Assembly (NCBI GenBank): GCA_965243205.1
Contig: CBDEUK010000002.1
Coordinates: 1,632,001-1,696,000 of the forward strand
DNA from: Gammaproteobacteria bacterium
Lineage (GTDB): Bacteria; Pseudomonadota; Gammaproteobacteria; Eutrophobiales; Eutrophobiaceae
Length of the DNA stretch: 64,000 nucleotides
Reading direction: 5' to 3'
Shown: positions 32,376 to 41,397 of the stretch, piece by piece
How positions within the stretch are numbered: position 1 is the stretch's first letter
Layout: each line of letters opens with the position of its first letter
Position numbers and translations under genes: made by a program
The notes under the pieces: model-generated
The model's database searches: none
Told to the model about the DNA's origin: nothing
The model's input: only the letters and a program-made list of their open reading frames with translations

Positions 32376-33695
32376 CTAGGCTGTAATCCCTATGTCTTGA
32401 CTATCACGTATTACAATCATGTGTTTTGGAAAATCACAGCGAAAAGTACTGCCCTCACCATGAACACTTTCTACATGTAGTGTTGCATCATGTCTCGCCA
32501 TGATATGTTTTACGATAGCTAATCCCAAACCAGTACCACCCTTTTCTCTGGAACGTCCTTTATCGACGCGATAAAAACGCTCAGTTATTCGACCAATGTG
32601 TTCTTCTGGAATCCCTTCACCAGTATCAGATACTTGCAAATGCGCTCCGTTATCCGACTTATACCATCGAATACGAATGATCCCTCGTTCAGGTGTATAT
32701 TGAACAGCATTAAATACTAAGTTGGAAAACGCACTGTATATTTCTCCTTGATTACCTAATAAAAGTAACTCTGGATCTGATTCCATATAAAAAATATGGT
32801 TTTGTAACCCACTGATGGTCTCAGCTTCTTTGTAGATTGAAGAGAGTAACTCAGCGACATGTACTGTTTCTTGATTATTAGGGACTTCAGACGATTCTAG
32901 AGAAGAAAGCTTGAGAAGATCTTCTATCAGAGTTTGCATACGGCCTGTCTGAGAACGCATTTGCTGGATAATTGGAATCCAGCTTTCAGGGCATTCATCA
33001 TTATCGTCTTGAAATGCCTCAAGATAGCCTGCAATAACCGTCAATGGACTACGTAACTCATGTGATGCATTGGCAATAAAATCTCGCCGCATTTCATTCG
33101 CATTGTAAACACGACTAACATCGCGTGCGATCAATAAATATTGTGTCTCGCTAAACGGAACAATACGAAACTCTAAACGTAACTGCTCATTATGCGGTAA
33201 AAATAATTCCAAACTGTTTTCAAGCTGATTATCAGTCAAAGCTTTGAGGAACTCATTCAATTCAGGATGGCGCAATAAATTGGATATGCGTTGATTCATA
33301 TCTTGTGGCCAGTAAATATTCAAATATGATCCTGCTTTTCGATTAGCTCCAAGGATTTTACCTTGCTGATCTAACACCACTATGGCATCGGGAAGTGCAT
33401 TGGTAGCTTGTTGAAACTGTTTTAAATAGCCAGAAAGTTTTTCATCTCTATATTTGTAATGAGATTCTAAGGAATCGAATTTGGTAATAATTTCATCAAT
33501 ATAACCACCTTCAACAAATGGAGGGTTATCAGTTTTTTTATCGAGCCAGTCGATTAGGCTTTGTAATTTGATGAAATGAAAGACGACAAATGCCGACATG
33601 CCTATAAGAAAGCACAAAGCATAACTGCCTGAGAGATAGCCGGCAGACAAACTCAAAATGGCGAGTAACACAATTCGCCAAGAATATTGGCTCAT
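32376..33695 (-). CDS. phoR: Phosphate regulon sensor kinase
   Basis: FIANASHELRSPLT, NLVFNAVQYT, DTGEGI, TERFYRVD, GTGLGLAIVKH. Confidence 0.95.
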   Translation of the reverse strand: MSQYSWRIVLLAILSLSAGYLSGSYALCFLIGMSAFVVFHFIKLQSLIDWLDKKTDNPPFVEGGYIDEIITKFDSLESHYKYRDEKLSGYLKQFQQATNALPDAIVVLDQQGKILGANRKAGSYLNIYWPQDMNQRISNLLRHPELNEFLKALTDNQLENSLELFLPHNEQLRLEFRIVPFSETQYLLIARDVSRVYNANEMRRDFIANASHELRSPLTVIAGYLEAFQDDNDECPESWIPIIQQMRSQTGRMQTLIEDLLKLSSLESSEVPNNQETVHVAELLSSIYKEAETISGLQNHIFYMESDPELLLLGNQGEIYSAFSNLVFNAVQYTPERGIIRIRWYKSDNGAHLQVSDTGEGIPEEHIGRITERFYRVDKGRSREKGGTGLGLAIVKHIMARHDATLHVESVHGEGSTFRCDFPKHMIVIRDSQDIGITA

Positions 33696-33708
33696 TTCGA
33701 TAAAAAGT

Positions 33709-34401
33709 CTAGTCTACAGTTGAAAAACGATATCCAACGCTGCGTACTGTTTGGATAAACTTATCGAAATTATACGGCTCCAGAGTTTTTCGTAAACGAC
33801 GAATATGCACATCAACGGTACGTTCCTCAACATACACGTTTTGACCCCATACTTGATCCAGCAATTGAGATCTGGTGTAGACACGCTCAGGATGAGCAAT
33901 GAAGAAATGTAATAAGCGAAATTCGGTCGGACTAATATCAATACTATTACCGTTAGCCAGGACACGGTAAGTTTCAGGATCCAGAGTCAAACCCTTAACA
34001 CCTATCAAGCCCTTTCCATCGCCTTTTTTGCTACGACGGATAATAGCTTTGATTCGAGCAATTAATTCACGGGTAGAAAACGGCTTGGTGATGTAGTCAT
34101 CTGCACCAACATCCAAACCTTGGATCTTGTCTGATTCACCGGCTTTTGCCGTCAACATGACAATAGGAATATCCCGAGTATCAGGATTGTTTCTTAACCT
34201 ACGTAAATAATCTAAACCTGAAGTACCTGGAAGCATCCAATCTAACAAAATAAGATCAGGCAACTCTTGGGTATCAATAAATCGTTGCGCCTCTTCTACA
34301 CTCACCGCTTCGTTAAACTGATAACCCTCTTTCATCAGAGTATAGCCAAGCATTTCGCGAATGCCGTCTTCATCCTCAATGATCAGAATACGTCCTTTCA
34401 T
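33709..34401 (-). CDS. phoB: Phosphate regulon response regulator
   Basis: LLDWMLPG, GADDYITKPFS, VEERTVDVHIRRLRK; ATG 34401 preferred because ATG 34458 lies immediately under the Pho-box promoter. Confidence 0.95.
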   Translation of the reverse strand: MKGRILIIEDEDGIREMLGYTLMKEGYQFNEAVSVEEAQRFIDTQELPDLILLDWMLPGTSGLDYLRRLRNNPDTRDIPIVMLTAKAGESDKIQGLDVGADDYITKPFSTRELIARIKAIIRRSKKGDGKGLIGVKGLTLDPETYRVLANGNSIDISPTEFRLLHFFIAHPERVYTRSQLLDQVWGQNVYVEERTVDVHIRRLRKTLEPYNFDKFIQTVRSVGYRFSTVD

Positions 34402-34482
34402 TGGAGTAAGAAGGTGTGTGTCTGTGTTGTTGATATTTTCAAGTTGTGGCTCATTCATGGAATAACATTACAACCTCAGGAT

Positions 34483-34500
34483 ATTACAGAGGTATTACAA
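34483..34500 (-). promoter_or_regulatory. Pho box upstream of phoB (autoregulation)
   Basis: Minus strand TTGTAAT-ACCT-CTGTAAT, 11-bp period. Confidence 0.7.
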
Positions 34501-34578
34501 ATTCAAAAACAAAGTTTTAAATTCAACTTAGAACATTAAATCACTATCAAAAGTTATACCATCGAACGAAATAGTTCT

Positions 34579-34608
34579 AAAAAAGCCAGGCTTAAAATAA
34601 GCCTGGCT
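34579..34608 (-). terminator. Intrinsic terminator after the porin gene
   Basis: Minus strand agccaggctt-atttt-aagcctggct followed by a T run. Confidence 0.8.
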
Positions 34609-34621
34609 AGATTACTTTCAC

Positions 34622-36127
34622 TTAGAAGGATACATCCCACTGCACTCGGAATCGGTTATCGCTAAGGTCACGATTTACTAAACCATCTTCCAAAGTTAAA
34701 TAAGAAAAGTCCGCAGTAAGCTTGTTGTTATGCCCTGCAAAAAACCAGTTTGCACCGAGAGTGAACTCCTCTCGCTCATTGTCTCGAGAAATATCTGTGC
34801 CATTCGGTTCTTCAACAAAAGCGTAACGAGCCGCAAATTCGAGCTCTTTAGGTATAGCAGGAATCAAATGATGGAAAAAATAACCTGATTGTACATACGC
34901 GCCGGTTAAATCACTTGAAGTATTATTGACGGTGTCATCAATTGTTTTCCAATGGTATTCCTCTTGGAACGAGAAACCTTTCCATTTGAAAGCAAAACCT
35001 TGTGTGTATTGCTCAATTTCATACTGACCGTCAGCGGCAGTACTTGGACTAGCAAATCCATCTAAATTACCACAACCACTGGATGACCAACGAGTACAAC
35101 GGCCTTTGTTAGATGCTGCTGCAAATGAAAGACTGCCTGTTGGTTTTTCTGTGAACTCTACGTCCGTTTGACGCCACTTTAGATCACGACCAAGGAAGTT
35201 CCATTGCAGACGACCCATGTACAATAAGTCACCATCATCGTTACGAACACCGCGACCTTCACCGGTAAAAATACCGGCCCAATAACGTAAATCTGCTGGG
35301 GTATCTTTAAATAAACGACCGCGTACTTGGGCACCCACTTGACGATCAATTGTAAATATTCGATTCACAATGGAACGTTCAACAAACTGTTGGCGACCTG
35401 AAGAATCCACACGTTCACGGTTGTAATCAATTTTCCATTGACCAACACGCAAACCCAGCGCTTCGTATTTATCCAAAGTTATACGCCAATCAATTACTCT
35501 GGCACTCGAACTAGAACTACTGCTACTGCTGCTTCGAGTTGGCTGAAGGTCAACTTCGAAATAATATCCAATCCAAGGTCTAAACCCATGTCCGCCAATT
35601 TTCATGCGTAATCGACGTGCTTCAAATGTATTCTCAGTATCTGATTCGAAATCGCCGATATCACGAGGGTCACTTCTGGTTGGAGATGTGAAACGTAATT
35701 GGGCACGCCATTGCAGGTTTGTTTGCCAGTTCCCGTCACGGGATTCAAGGCGGAAACCCTTTTTGCCATGACTCACTTTTACAGGAAACTCATCCTCTAC
35801 CTTTTTAGCAACTTTATCTTCAGTTGATTTTTCAACCTTAGCTTCAATTGTTTTATCGAGCTTTTCATCGATAGCCTTATTAACTTTACGTTCAACAATT
35901 TCTTCAACTTGAGCATCAGAAGCAGCCGGACTCTCGAAATCTTTGCTAGATAGACTTGGTTTCTGTATTAATTCGTCATATTGTTCTTGGGTGATGGCAC
36001 CATTGCCCAATAGAATATCAAGAAGCGCTTTATCTGCTGAATATACGATTGTAGTTGCTAGCATAAGCACAAAAATCGCACATCCTCGATAAAAATCAGT
36101 ATGAGAGCGAAATAAATTCATAAGCAA
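34622..36127 (-). CDS. Phosphate-selective porin (OprO/OprP family)
   Basis: Signal peptide, FEARRLRMKIGG, GQWK, LGANWFFAGHNNKL, C-terminal Phe; sits in the Pho cluster with Pho boxes upstream. Confidence 0.82.
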   Translation of the reverse strand: MLMNLFRSHTDFYRGCAIFVLMLATTIVYSADKALLDILLGNGAITQEQYDELIQKPSLSSKDFESPAASDAQVEEIVERKVNKAIDEKLDKTIEAKVEKSTEDKVAKKVEDEFPVKVSHGKKGFRLESRDGNWQTNLQWRAQLRFTSPTRSDPRDIGDFESDTENTFEARRLRMKIGGHGFRPWIGYYFEVDLQPTRSSSSSSSSSSARVIDWRITLDKYEALGLRVGQWKIDYNRERVDSSGRQQFVERSIVNRIFTIDRQVGAQVRGRLFKDTPADLRYWAGIFTGEGRGVRNDDGDLLYMGRLQWNFLGRDLKWRQTDVEFTEKPTGSLSFAAASNKGRCTRWSSSGCGNLDGFASPSTAADGQYEIEQYTQGFAFKWKGFSFQEEYHWKTIDDTVNNTSSDLTGAYVQSGYFFHHLIPAIPKELEFAARYAFVEEPNGTDISRDNEREEFTLGANWFFAGHNNKLTADFSYLTLEDGLVNRDLSDNRFRVQWDVSF

Positions 36128-36235
36128 AACCCTATAATTTTTATATGTTGGAATATTTATTTATAAAGAGGATTTCCAATTCCTAAATGATGATTAATCT
36201 AGTGAATTGAAGGTGCAGCATTGTCATTAGTATGT

Positions 36236-36275
36236 ATGACGATTACATTTCATTTGTATTACAGTTTTATGACAA
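36236..36275 (-). promoter_or_regulatory. Tandem Pho boxes upstream of the porin
   Basis: Minus strand TTGTCAT-AAAA-CTGTAAT-ACAA-ATGAAAT-GTAA-TCGTCAT, 11-bp period. Confidence 0.82.
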
Positions 36276-36311
36276 TGTATCTTGTGATTAGTAACCTGAA
36301 CTGTCTTTCAA

Positions 36312-36344
36312 ATAAAAAACCCCGCAGAAAGCGGGGTTTTTTAT
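36312..36344 (-). terminator. Intrinsic terminator closing the redox operon
   Basis: ataaaaaaccccgc-agaaa-gcggggttttttat, 14-bp stem, just downstream of the globin stop. Confidence 0.88.
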
Positions 36345-36365
36345 GTTTATGATGTGGGAAAGTAA

Positions 36366-36773
36366 TTAACTATTGGCAGCTTCTTTCATCACTGTTGCTA
36401 ATGTTACGTAAGTGTCAGTCCAAGCACCTTTCACGTCATCTGTGAAAGCGTCACCTAAACCGGCACCTAGTGTCCAAAGTAAAGCTTCAGCAACCGTATC
36501 GTAGTGCTCGTCCTTCACGCCATAATCAACATGCCGTTTTCCCAAATCTTGAACGGCAGGAACAATGGTATCTAACTTATCCAAACTATTGACTGCAGTT
36601 CCGATCATTTTCATTAATTTCTTACCTTGTTCAACCATGTCACCATTGAATAAGGATTTTAATTCAGGATCGAGCTCAAATAATTTACCGTAAAATAATT
36701 CTGCTGCTTTATCGGAAATAGGCACAACCTGTGCCCAGGTATCTTTTACTAACGTGACTTGTTCTGGTGTCAT
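36366..36773 (-). CDS. Single-domain globin (flavohemoglobin/Vitreoscilla Hb-like, no reductase domain)
   Basis: LFYGKLF (TyrB10), LKSLF (PheCD1), EQGKKL (GlnE7), LGKRHVDYGV (HisF8); no signal peptide. Confidence 0.9.
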   Translation of the reverse strand: MTPEQVTLVKDTWAQVVPISDKAAELFYGKLFELDPELKSLFNGDMVEQGKKLMKMIGTAVNSLDKLDTIVPAVQDLGKRHVDYGVKDEHYDTVAEALLWTLGAGLGDAFTDDVKGAWTDTYVTLATVMKEAANS

Positions 36774-36776
36774 TTG

Positions 36777-37154
36777 TTATTCCTCAGTTTTGTAACTCTT
36801 AGCCAACTCAACCATATAATCGACCGCGGCCTTAATTTCTTGATCTGTTAAATGTGGATTACCACCTCGTTCTGGCATCATTGCGTCATCTGGTCCAAAA
36901 AAACCTTCGATAGCATGTTGATATAAAACCTCTTTACCTTTTGCTATACGAAAACCCCATTGCTCGTAATCCAATGGGATTGGCGCATCGGCGACGCCCC
37001 AACCATGGCAACCCTCACAGGTTCCTAACCAGATTTCTTTTCCTTTTTGTAAATGTGGATCATCAAAATCACGATAACGGTCAGCATCTGCATGAACACT
37101 GACCGTGCTTAAGGAAAATGATGAAATCAAAATAAACGCTCTTAAGCCGAGCAT
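36777..37154 (-). CDS. Periplasmic cytochrome c5-family monoheme protein
   Basis: Signal peptide, CEGCH, HAIEGF, MMPERGG, AAVDYM. Confidence 0.88.
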   Translation of the reverse strand: MLGLRAFILISSFSLSTVSVHADADRYRDFDDPHLQKGKEIWLGTCEGCHGWGVADAPIPLDYEQWGFRIAKGKEVLYQHAIEGFFGPDDAMMPERGGNPHLTDQEIKAAVDYMVELAKSYKTEE

Positions 37155-37160
37155 GTTTAT

Positions 37161-37745
37161 TTACCCTTCGATTGGGATACGAATCACAACACCACCCATC
37201 ACATCACCCAGTTTGAAATCAGTCTTAGGTGTGTCTTTGTGTTCGTTGTGGCAACTCACGCAAACAGGCGCAACCGCAGGATCAGGATAAACAGCGGTAA
37301 AGTAGTTCACGCCACCTAACTCTTCAGTGGTGTAATAGTTTTCACCTTTGTTATCAAAAATGTACTGAAGACCTGTTTTTTCAGCATCGGTTTTTGGTGC
37401 GTTTTGTTTATTGATTGGCCATAGTGATTGCAAAGAATAACTGAAGGCATCGGTTTTCTTAGCCACTGACTCTGAACCAAAACGAAACATTTGTGCAGGT
37501 AATACTAATGCTTTGTCATCTTCAAAATGTTCACTGGCTTTGATGACTTTTTCTTTTTTCACCAAGCGGTTTACGATCTTTTTCGTATAAACTGCACGGT
37601 CTGTAGACATAACTAAATGTAACCAGTCCGCCATTTGCTTTGGGGTAAACATTGCAGTATCAGCAACCTCTGAAGAAACCGACACAGGCAAACTAACTGC
37701 TGCAGCGATAACGGAAGTTGCAATAAGTTTTTTAAATTTACTCAT
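37161..37745 (-). CDS. Periplasmic Tll0287-like (DUF3365) heme c protein
   Basis: Signal peptide, LPAQMF, WPINKQNAP, C-terminal CVSCH, FKLGDVMGGVVIRIP. Confidence 0.78.
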   Translation of the reverse strand: MSKFKKLIATSVIAAAVSLPVSVSSEVADTAMFTPKQMADWLHLVMSTDRAVYTKKIVNRLVKKEKVIKASEHFEDDKALVLPAQMFRFGSESVAKKTDAFSYSLQSLWPINKQNAPKTDAEKTGLQYIFDNKGENYYTTEELGGVNYFTAVYPDPAVAPVCVSCHNEHKDTPKTDFKLGDVMGGVVIRIPIEG

Positions 37746-37778
37746 CTTTTCTTCTCCTGGGTTTAAAAAATTAATAGA

Positions 37779-39290
37779 TCATTCAGTTTCATTTTCTGCA
37801 TCAACTGAATCTGAATCTTGTTCTTGTTGCTCACGAAGTTTCTCTTGCTCGCGCAACTTACGACGTTTCTCTTCTGCTTCTATGGCACGTACCTCAGCCA
37901 TCTCAATACTTTTTATGTGCACAGAAGGTTTGCCATGAAAATTGTTTTTAATTAATTCTGGATCGGCTAAAGAATCCGTACTAAAACCAAGACCATGACA
38001 ATTCATACAAACTGGTCTTTGCATTTTTTCATTCGGTTTTAATGTCATGTTTTGATTGTGTTCGACTAAGCCCATATAGAACTCGCCATCAAAAAATTCT
38101 TTTTCAATACGCGGCATATGACAGGTAGCACAAGTAACGCCTGTTCCTTCTTTAGCTTCACCCGATAATTCTTTTTTCCACAAATCATGATGAGGAGAAT
38201 CGATATAGGCCAAGCTATGTTCATCTTTATGACAACTTAAACATGCTTCGACCTTGGCTTTTTTGATATCAAACTTATGAGCTGAATGACAGCTATTACA
38301 GGATAGATTTTTATCATGCGCTTCTTTTTTCATCGGCAAGCGCGCTAAGGAAGGTGACATTGGGTCCAAATCAAATTTAAGATTATCTTTGTCCAAACGC
38401 ATTCCATGTTTGCCTCCTAAAAAGCCTTTTACTTCTTCAGAATGACAAGTCGTGCATTGTTCTTGAGTCGGTTTATCGATCCAAACCAGTTTCTTATCTT
38501 CTTTTTCTTTTCCAACTTCTTTTTGATGACAAGCGGTACAATTCACGCCCGCATTGGCATGCGCCGTTTGAAACCATTCATCGATAATATGTGTATCGTT
38601 TGCTTTATCTTTAGGCGCATCTAATGCAGTTCTTTCTAACTTTTCTAAAGGATATTGATCAATCGGATAACCTGGAAAGATAGGTGCTATTTCAAGGAAA
38701 TTTAAATCAGGAAACGAATCAAGTTTTTCTAAAATATCGGCTTCACCAACATGCTTGGCAAGGAAGTCTTCGTATAAAGCTTGGTTATCATGATAATTAT
38801 GACAGCCGGCTGAAGCACAAGTATCAAAGGCCATACCTTCATGACTCGGCCGTTCTTCAGCGATATCCTCATGACATTTAAAACAATAATCGATAGGTAA
38901 TGTAAGCCCCATGTCATGAGTAATTTCAGGTCGATGTTCTACATGACAAGTCACACAATAACGTGCATCTAATTTCGCTAAACGATCTGCGTTACGTGGA
39001 TCTGTAAATTTACTTTTAGGGTGTTTGTCTCTGGCTTCTTTTAAGGCATTACCATGACACTTTACACAAGAATCTTGTAATGCTTCTTTCATCACCTTGG
39101 CATCTTCAAACACTTCGGTATGACAAGCATTACAGGCGAGTTCTATTTGATAATGACCATGACTGGTCTTACCTGGTAAGAACAACGTTTTATCTGCAGT
39201 TTCAGTATTAAATTTCATTGCATAATGTGTTGCAAAAGCAATTGTCAAAACTATCCAAACAACCCATAAAATTGTGTTTCGTTTAAGCAT
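37779..39290 (-). CDS. Membrane-anchored multiheme cytochrome c (10 CxxCH + 1 CxxxxCH)
   Basis: CNACH, CVKCH, CVTCH, CFKCH, CASAGCH, CTACH, CTTCH, CNSCH, CLSCH, CATCH, CMNCH; N-terminal TM. Confidence 0.9.
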   Translation of the reverse strand: MLKRNTILWVVWIVLTIAFATHYAMKFNTETADKTLFLPGKTSHGHYQIELACNACHTEVFEDAKVMKEALQDSCVKCHGNALKEARDKHPKSKFTDPRNADRLAKLDARYCVTCHVEHRPEITHDMGLTLPIDYCFKCHEDIAEERPSHEGMAFDTCASAGCHNYHDNQALYEDFLAKHVGEADILEKLDSFPDLNFLEIAPIFPGYPIDQYPLEKLERTALDAPKDKANDTHIIDEWFQTAHANAGVNCTACHQKEVGKEKEDKKLVWIDKPTQEQCTTCHSEEVKGFLGGKHGMRLDKDNLKFDLDPMSPSLARLPMKKEAHDKNLSCNSCHSAHKFDIKKAKVEACLSCHKDEHSLAYIDSPHHDLWKKELSGEAKEGTGVTCATCHMPRIEKEFFDGEFYMGLVEHNQNMTLKPNEKMQRPVCMNCHGLGFSTDSLADPELIKNNFHGKPSVHIKSIEMAEVRAIEAEEKRRKLREQEKLREQQEQDSDSVDAENETE

Positions 39291-39320
39291 TGGTTTTTTC
39301 TTTTTTTCTGGTCTTAATGC

Positions 39321-41306
39321 CTAAAAGTAATACGTCTTAAATATGTGGAAACCCAGTAACACTGGTAATGGCCAAAACAATAAAATATGTAACCAAAGCC
39401 CAAGTGAACGAACTTGTTTCACTAAAGAAGCTTCTAAATTGTGTTCCATCGCGATCACACTAGCGACGATAGCGCCCACTAAAATTAATCCGGTGAAAGA
39501 CATCATCAACATAAAGTTCAAGTTTTCACCCAAACGGAAACCGGTATGAACAAGCAAAACAAAAATGGCTAGACCGCCAACGATGGCATGCAATAAACGC
39601 CAGACAGGAAAGTCGCCCCATTTAAACCATGTAAAGCGTTTACGTAAAGAAAGTAGTAAGACTAATACTGAGATACCTAATAAGGTAAAACCTGTTATCT
39701 GTTTATAAAGACTCGTGGTCCAAACAACATCGTATTGATAAATCTGTTGCACGGATGTGTTATAAGGAATTGCTGGAAATAAATAAGCGATCAATGCCAT
39801 GAGAATAAAGATGGCTGAACTTAAAAATAAAGTTCTATAAGCCTTAACGGGATCAAGTTTTACACCCCCAAGCAAATTAGCGAGCAAAGGCTTGCATGAA
39901 CCACAAGTTGTGCCTGCATTGGTTTTGTCGCAAAGCGAAACCATAGAATCACAACCAGACTTAATGGCAGAAGTTAACTGACCACGAGTGACTGAATTAC
40001 AAGAACAGATTGTTGCCTCAGTAGGCCATCGGCTGATGTCTTCTAAATCATCATCGCCCCACAATGAGCCAGTTTCTTGAAATTGATATAACGTCCACGG
40101 AAAAAATAATTTTCCTTTTTTTACTTGTTCGCGAAGTTTAATTAACTCAGGCCATTCACCAATTGCGATCACGCCAACTACCTGACCCCGATAAACATTT
40201 AACTTTCGATAAACAGTATCTTCTTGATAAACATAACTGGTATAAGACACAGCGCTATCACTCACGTCTCCCATACTAAAAACCGCTTGTCCTACAACCT
40301 TTAAACTAGTGGCGAGTACCGTTCCTTTATATTCAGTTGGAATGGAAAGGATATCTCTGGCTGCGATTGAAGCCTGTTCATAACCAGGAGCGACTATGCC
40401 GTAGACTTCGCCTTGATGTTCACAACATTCCCCAATCGCATAGATATCAGGATCGGATGTTTGCATCAGATCGTTGACTTTAATCCCTTTGCCATAAGCC
40501 AGCCCTGCTTCTTTAGCTAGATCAATATTCGGTCTTATGCCTGCTGATATGATTAAGGTATCGCAATCAAGGATTTCGCCAGAGCGCAAAACAATCGATT
40601 CGACTTTGGTTCCACCTTGAATTTCCTGGATACTATTTTGTAGGTACACATTTATGCCAAGTTTTTCGACTTCCTCTTGAAATAGCGCTGCGCCATCATC
40701 ATCCAGCTGACGAAACATCAAACGGTTGTTATGTTCAATAACCGTAACTTGCGTAGAAAAACGCTGCATAGCTCTGGCGGCTTCTAAACCAAGCAACCCA
40801 CCACCTAAAATAACGGTATTACGACTGAGGGTTCTTCTAGCGATTAAATGTTCTGTATCTTTTAAATCACGAAATTGATAAACACGCTTTAGATTAATGC
40901 CAGGTATGCTCTTAGGCACATAAGGACTCGAACCTGTTGCTAAAATTAGCTTTTCATATTCTTGAATATTTCCAAATTCATCGATAACGTTTTTATTTGC
41001 TCTGTCAATCTCGACAACCTTGCAGTTATAACGAGTAATAACAGGATCAAAATCGAGTACATCAGATGAGTAATAAATATCTTCTTGATTGATATCACCC
41101 GCAAGCAAAGAAGAAAGTTGAACTCGGTTATATGGCTGCCAAGGCTCATCGCCATAAATAACGATCGGATGATGCAGAGACTGTCTATGCAACTCCTCTA
41201 ATATCCGAATACCAACAGGCCCAGTCCCTACGACCACAATCGGTTTTTTGCCATTCAATAACACTTTTTCCGTAGTGCCATGAAAATTATCTACAGCGAC
41301 ATTCAC
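39321..41306 (-). CDS. NirB-like FAD/NAD(P)H oxidoreductase + BFD-like [2Fe-2S] domain fused to a C-terminal multi-TM domain
   Basis: VVVGTGPVG, YNRVQLS, LILATGS, LGGGLLGLEAA, IYAIGEC, LKVVG; CSC...CGSC; about five C-terminal TM helices with four His; no siroheme/4Fe-4S domain. Confidence 0.85.
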   Translation of the reverse strand: MNVAVDNFHGTTEKVLLNGKKPIVVVGTGPVGIRILEELHRQSLHHPIVIYGDEPWQPYNRVQLSSLLAGDINQEDIYYSSDVLDFDPVITRYNCKVVEIDRANKNVIDEFGNIQEYEKLILATGSSPYVPKSIPGINLKRVYQFRDLKDTEHLIARRTLSRNTVILGGGLLGLEAARAMQRFSTQVTVIEHNNRLMFRQLDDDGAALFQEEVEKLGINVYLQNSIQEIQGGTKVESIVLRSGEILDCDTLIISAGIRPNIDLAKEAGLAYGKGIKVNDLMQTSDPDIYAIGECCEHQGEVYGIVAPGYEQASIAARDILSIPTEYKGTVLATSLKVVGQAVFSMGDVSDSAVSYTSYVYQEDTVYRKLNVYRGQVVGVIAIGEWPELIKLREQVKKGKLFFPWTLYQFQETGSLWGDDDLEDISRWPTEATICSCNSVTRGQLTSAIKSGCDSMVSLCDKTNAGTTCGSCKPLLANLLGGVKLDPVKAYRTLFLSSAIFILMALIAYLFPAIPYNTSVQQIYQYDVVWTTSLYKQITGFTLLGISVLVLLLSLRKRFTWFKWGDFPVWRLLHAIVGGLAIFVLLVHTGFRLGENLNFMLMMSFTGLILVGAIVASVIAMEHNLEASLVKQVRSLGLWLHILLFWPLPVLLGFHIFKTYYF

Positions 41307-41339
41307 GTGATTTTAAGTTTCTTAATTTGTATTTTTTGC

Positions 41340-41390
41340 AAAAAAAAACGTCGTTACATAAATCAATTAACTGATTCTGCAAACGACGCC
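41340..41390 (-). terminator. Leader (attenuator) terminator upstream of the redox operon
   Basis: Minus strand GGCGTCGTT-TGCA-GAATCAGTT/AATTGATTT-ATGT-AACGACG followed by 9 T; lies between promoter and first gene. Confidence 0.72.
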
Positions 41391-41397
41391 TTTGTCG
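41384..41397 (-). promoter_or_regulatory. ANTAR (NasR/NasT)-type RNA hairpin
   Basis: CGAC-AAAGGC-GTCG: hexaloop with G at position 4, 3' arm shared with the terminator 5' arm. Confidence 0.65.

Noticed and set aside
37779-39290. Calling the multiheme protein nrfA or hao
   Set aside because: No CxxCK motif, heme count is 11 rather than 5 or 8, and no motif sits at the HAO catalytic heme position
39321-41306. Calling this gene nirB (assimilatory nitrite reductase)
   Set aside because: No siroheme/[4Fe-4S] domain and no nirD neighbour; the C-terminus is a membrane domain
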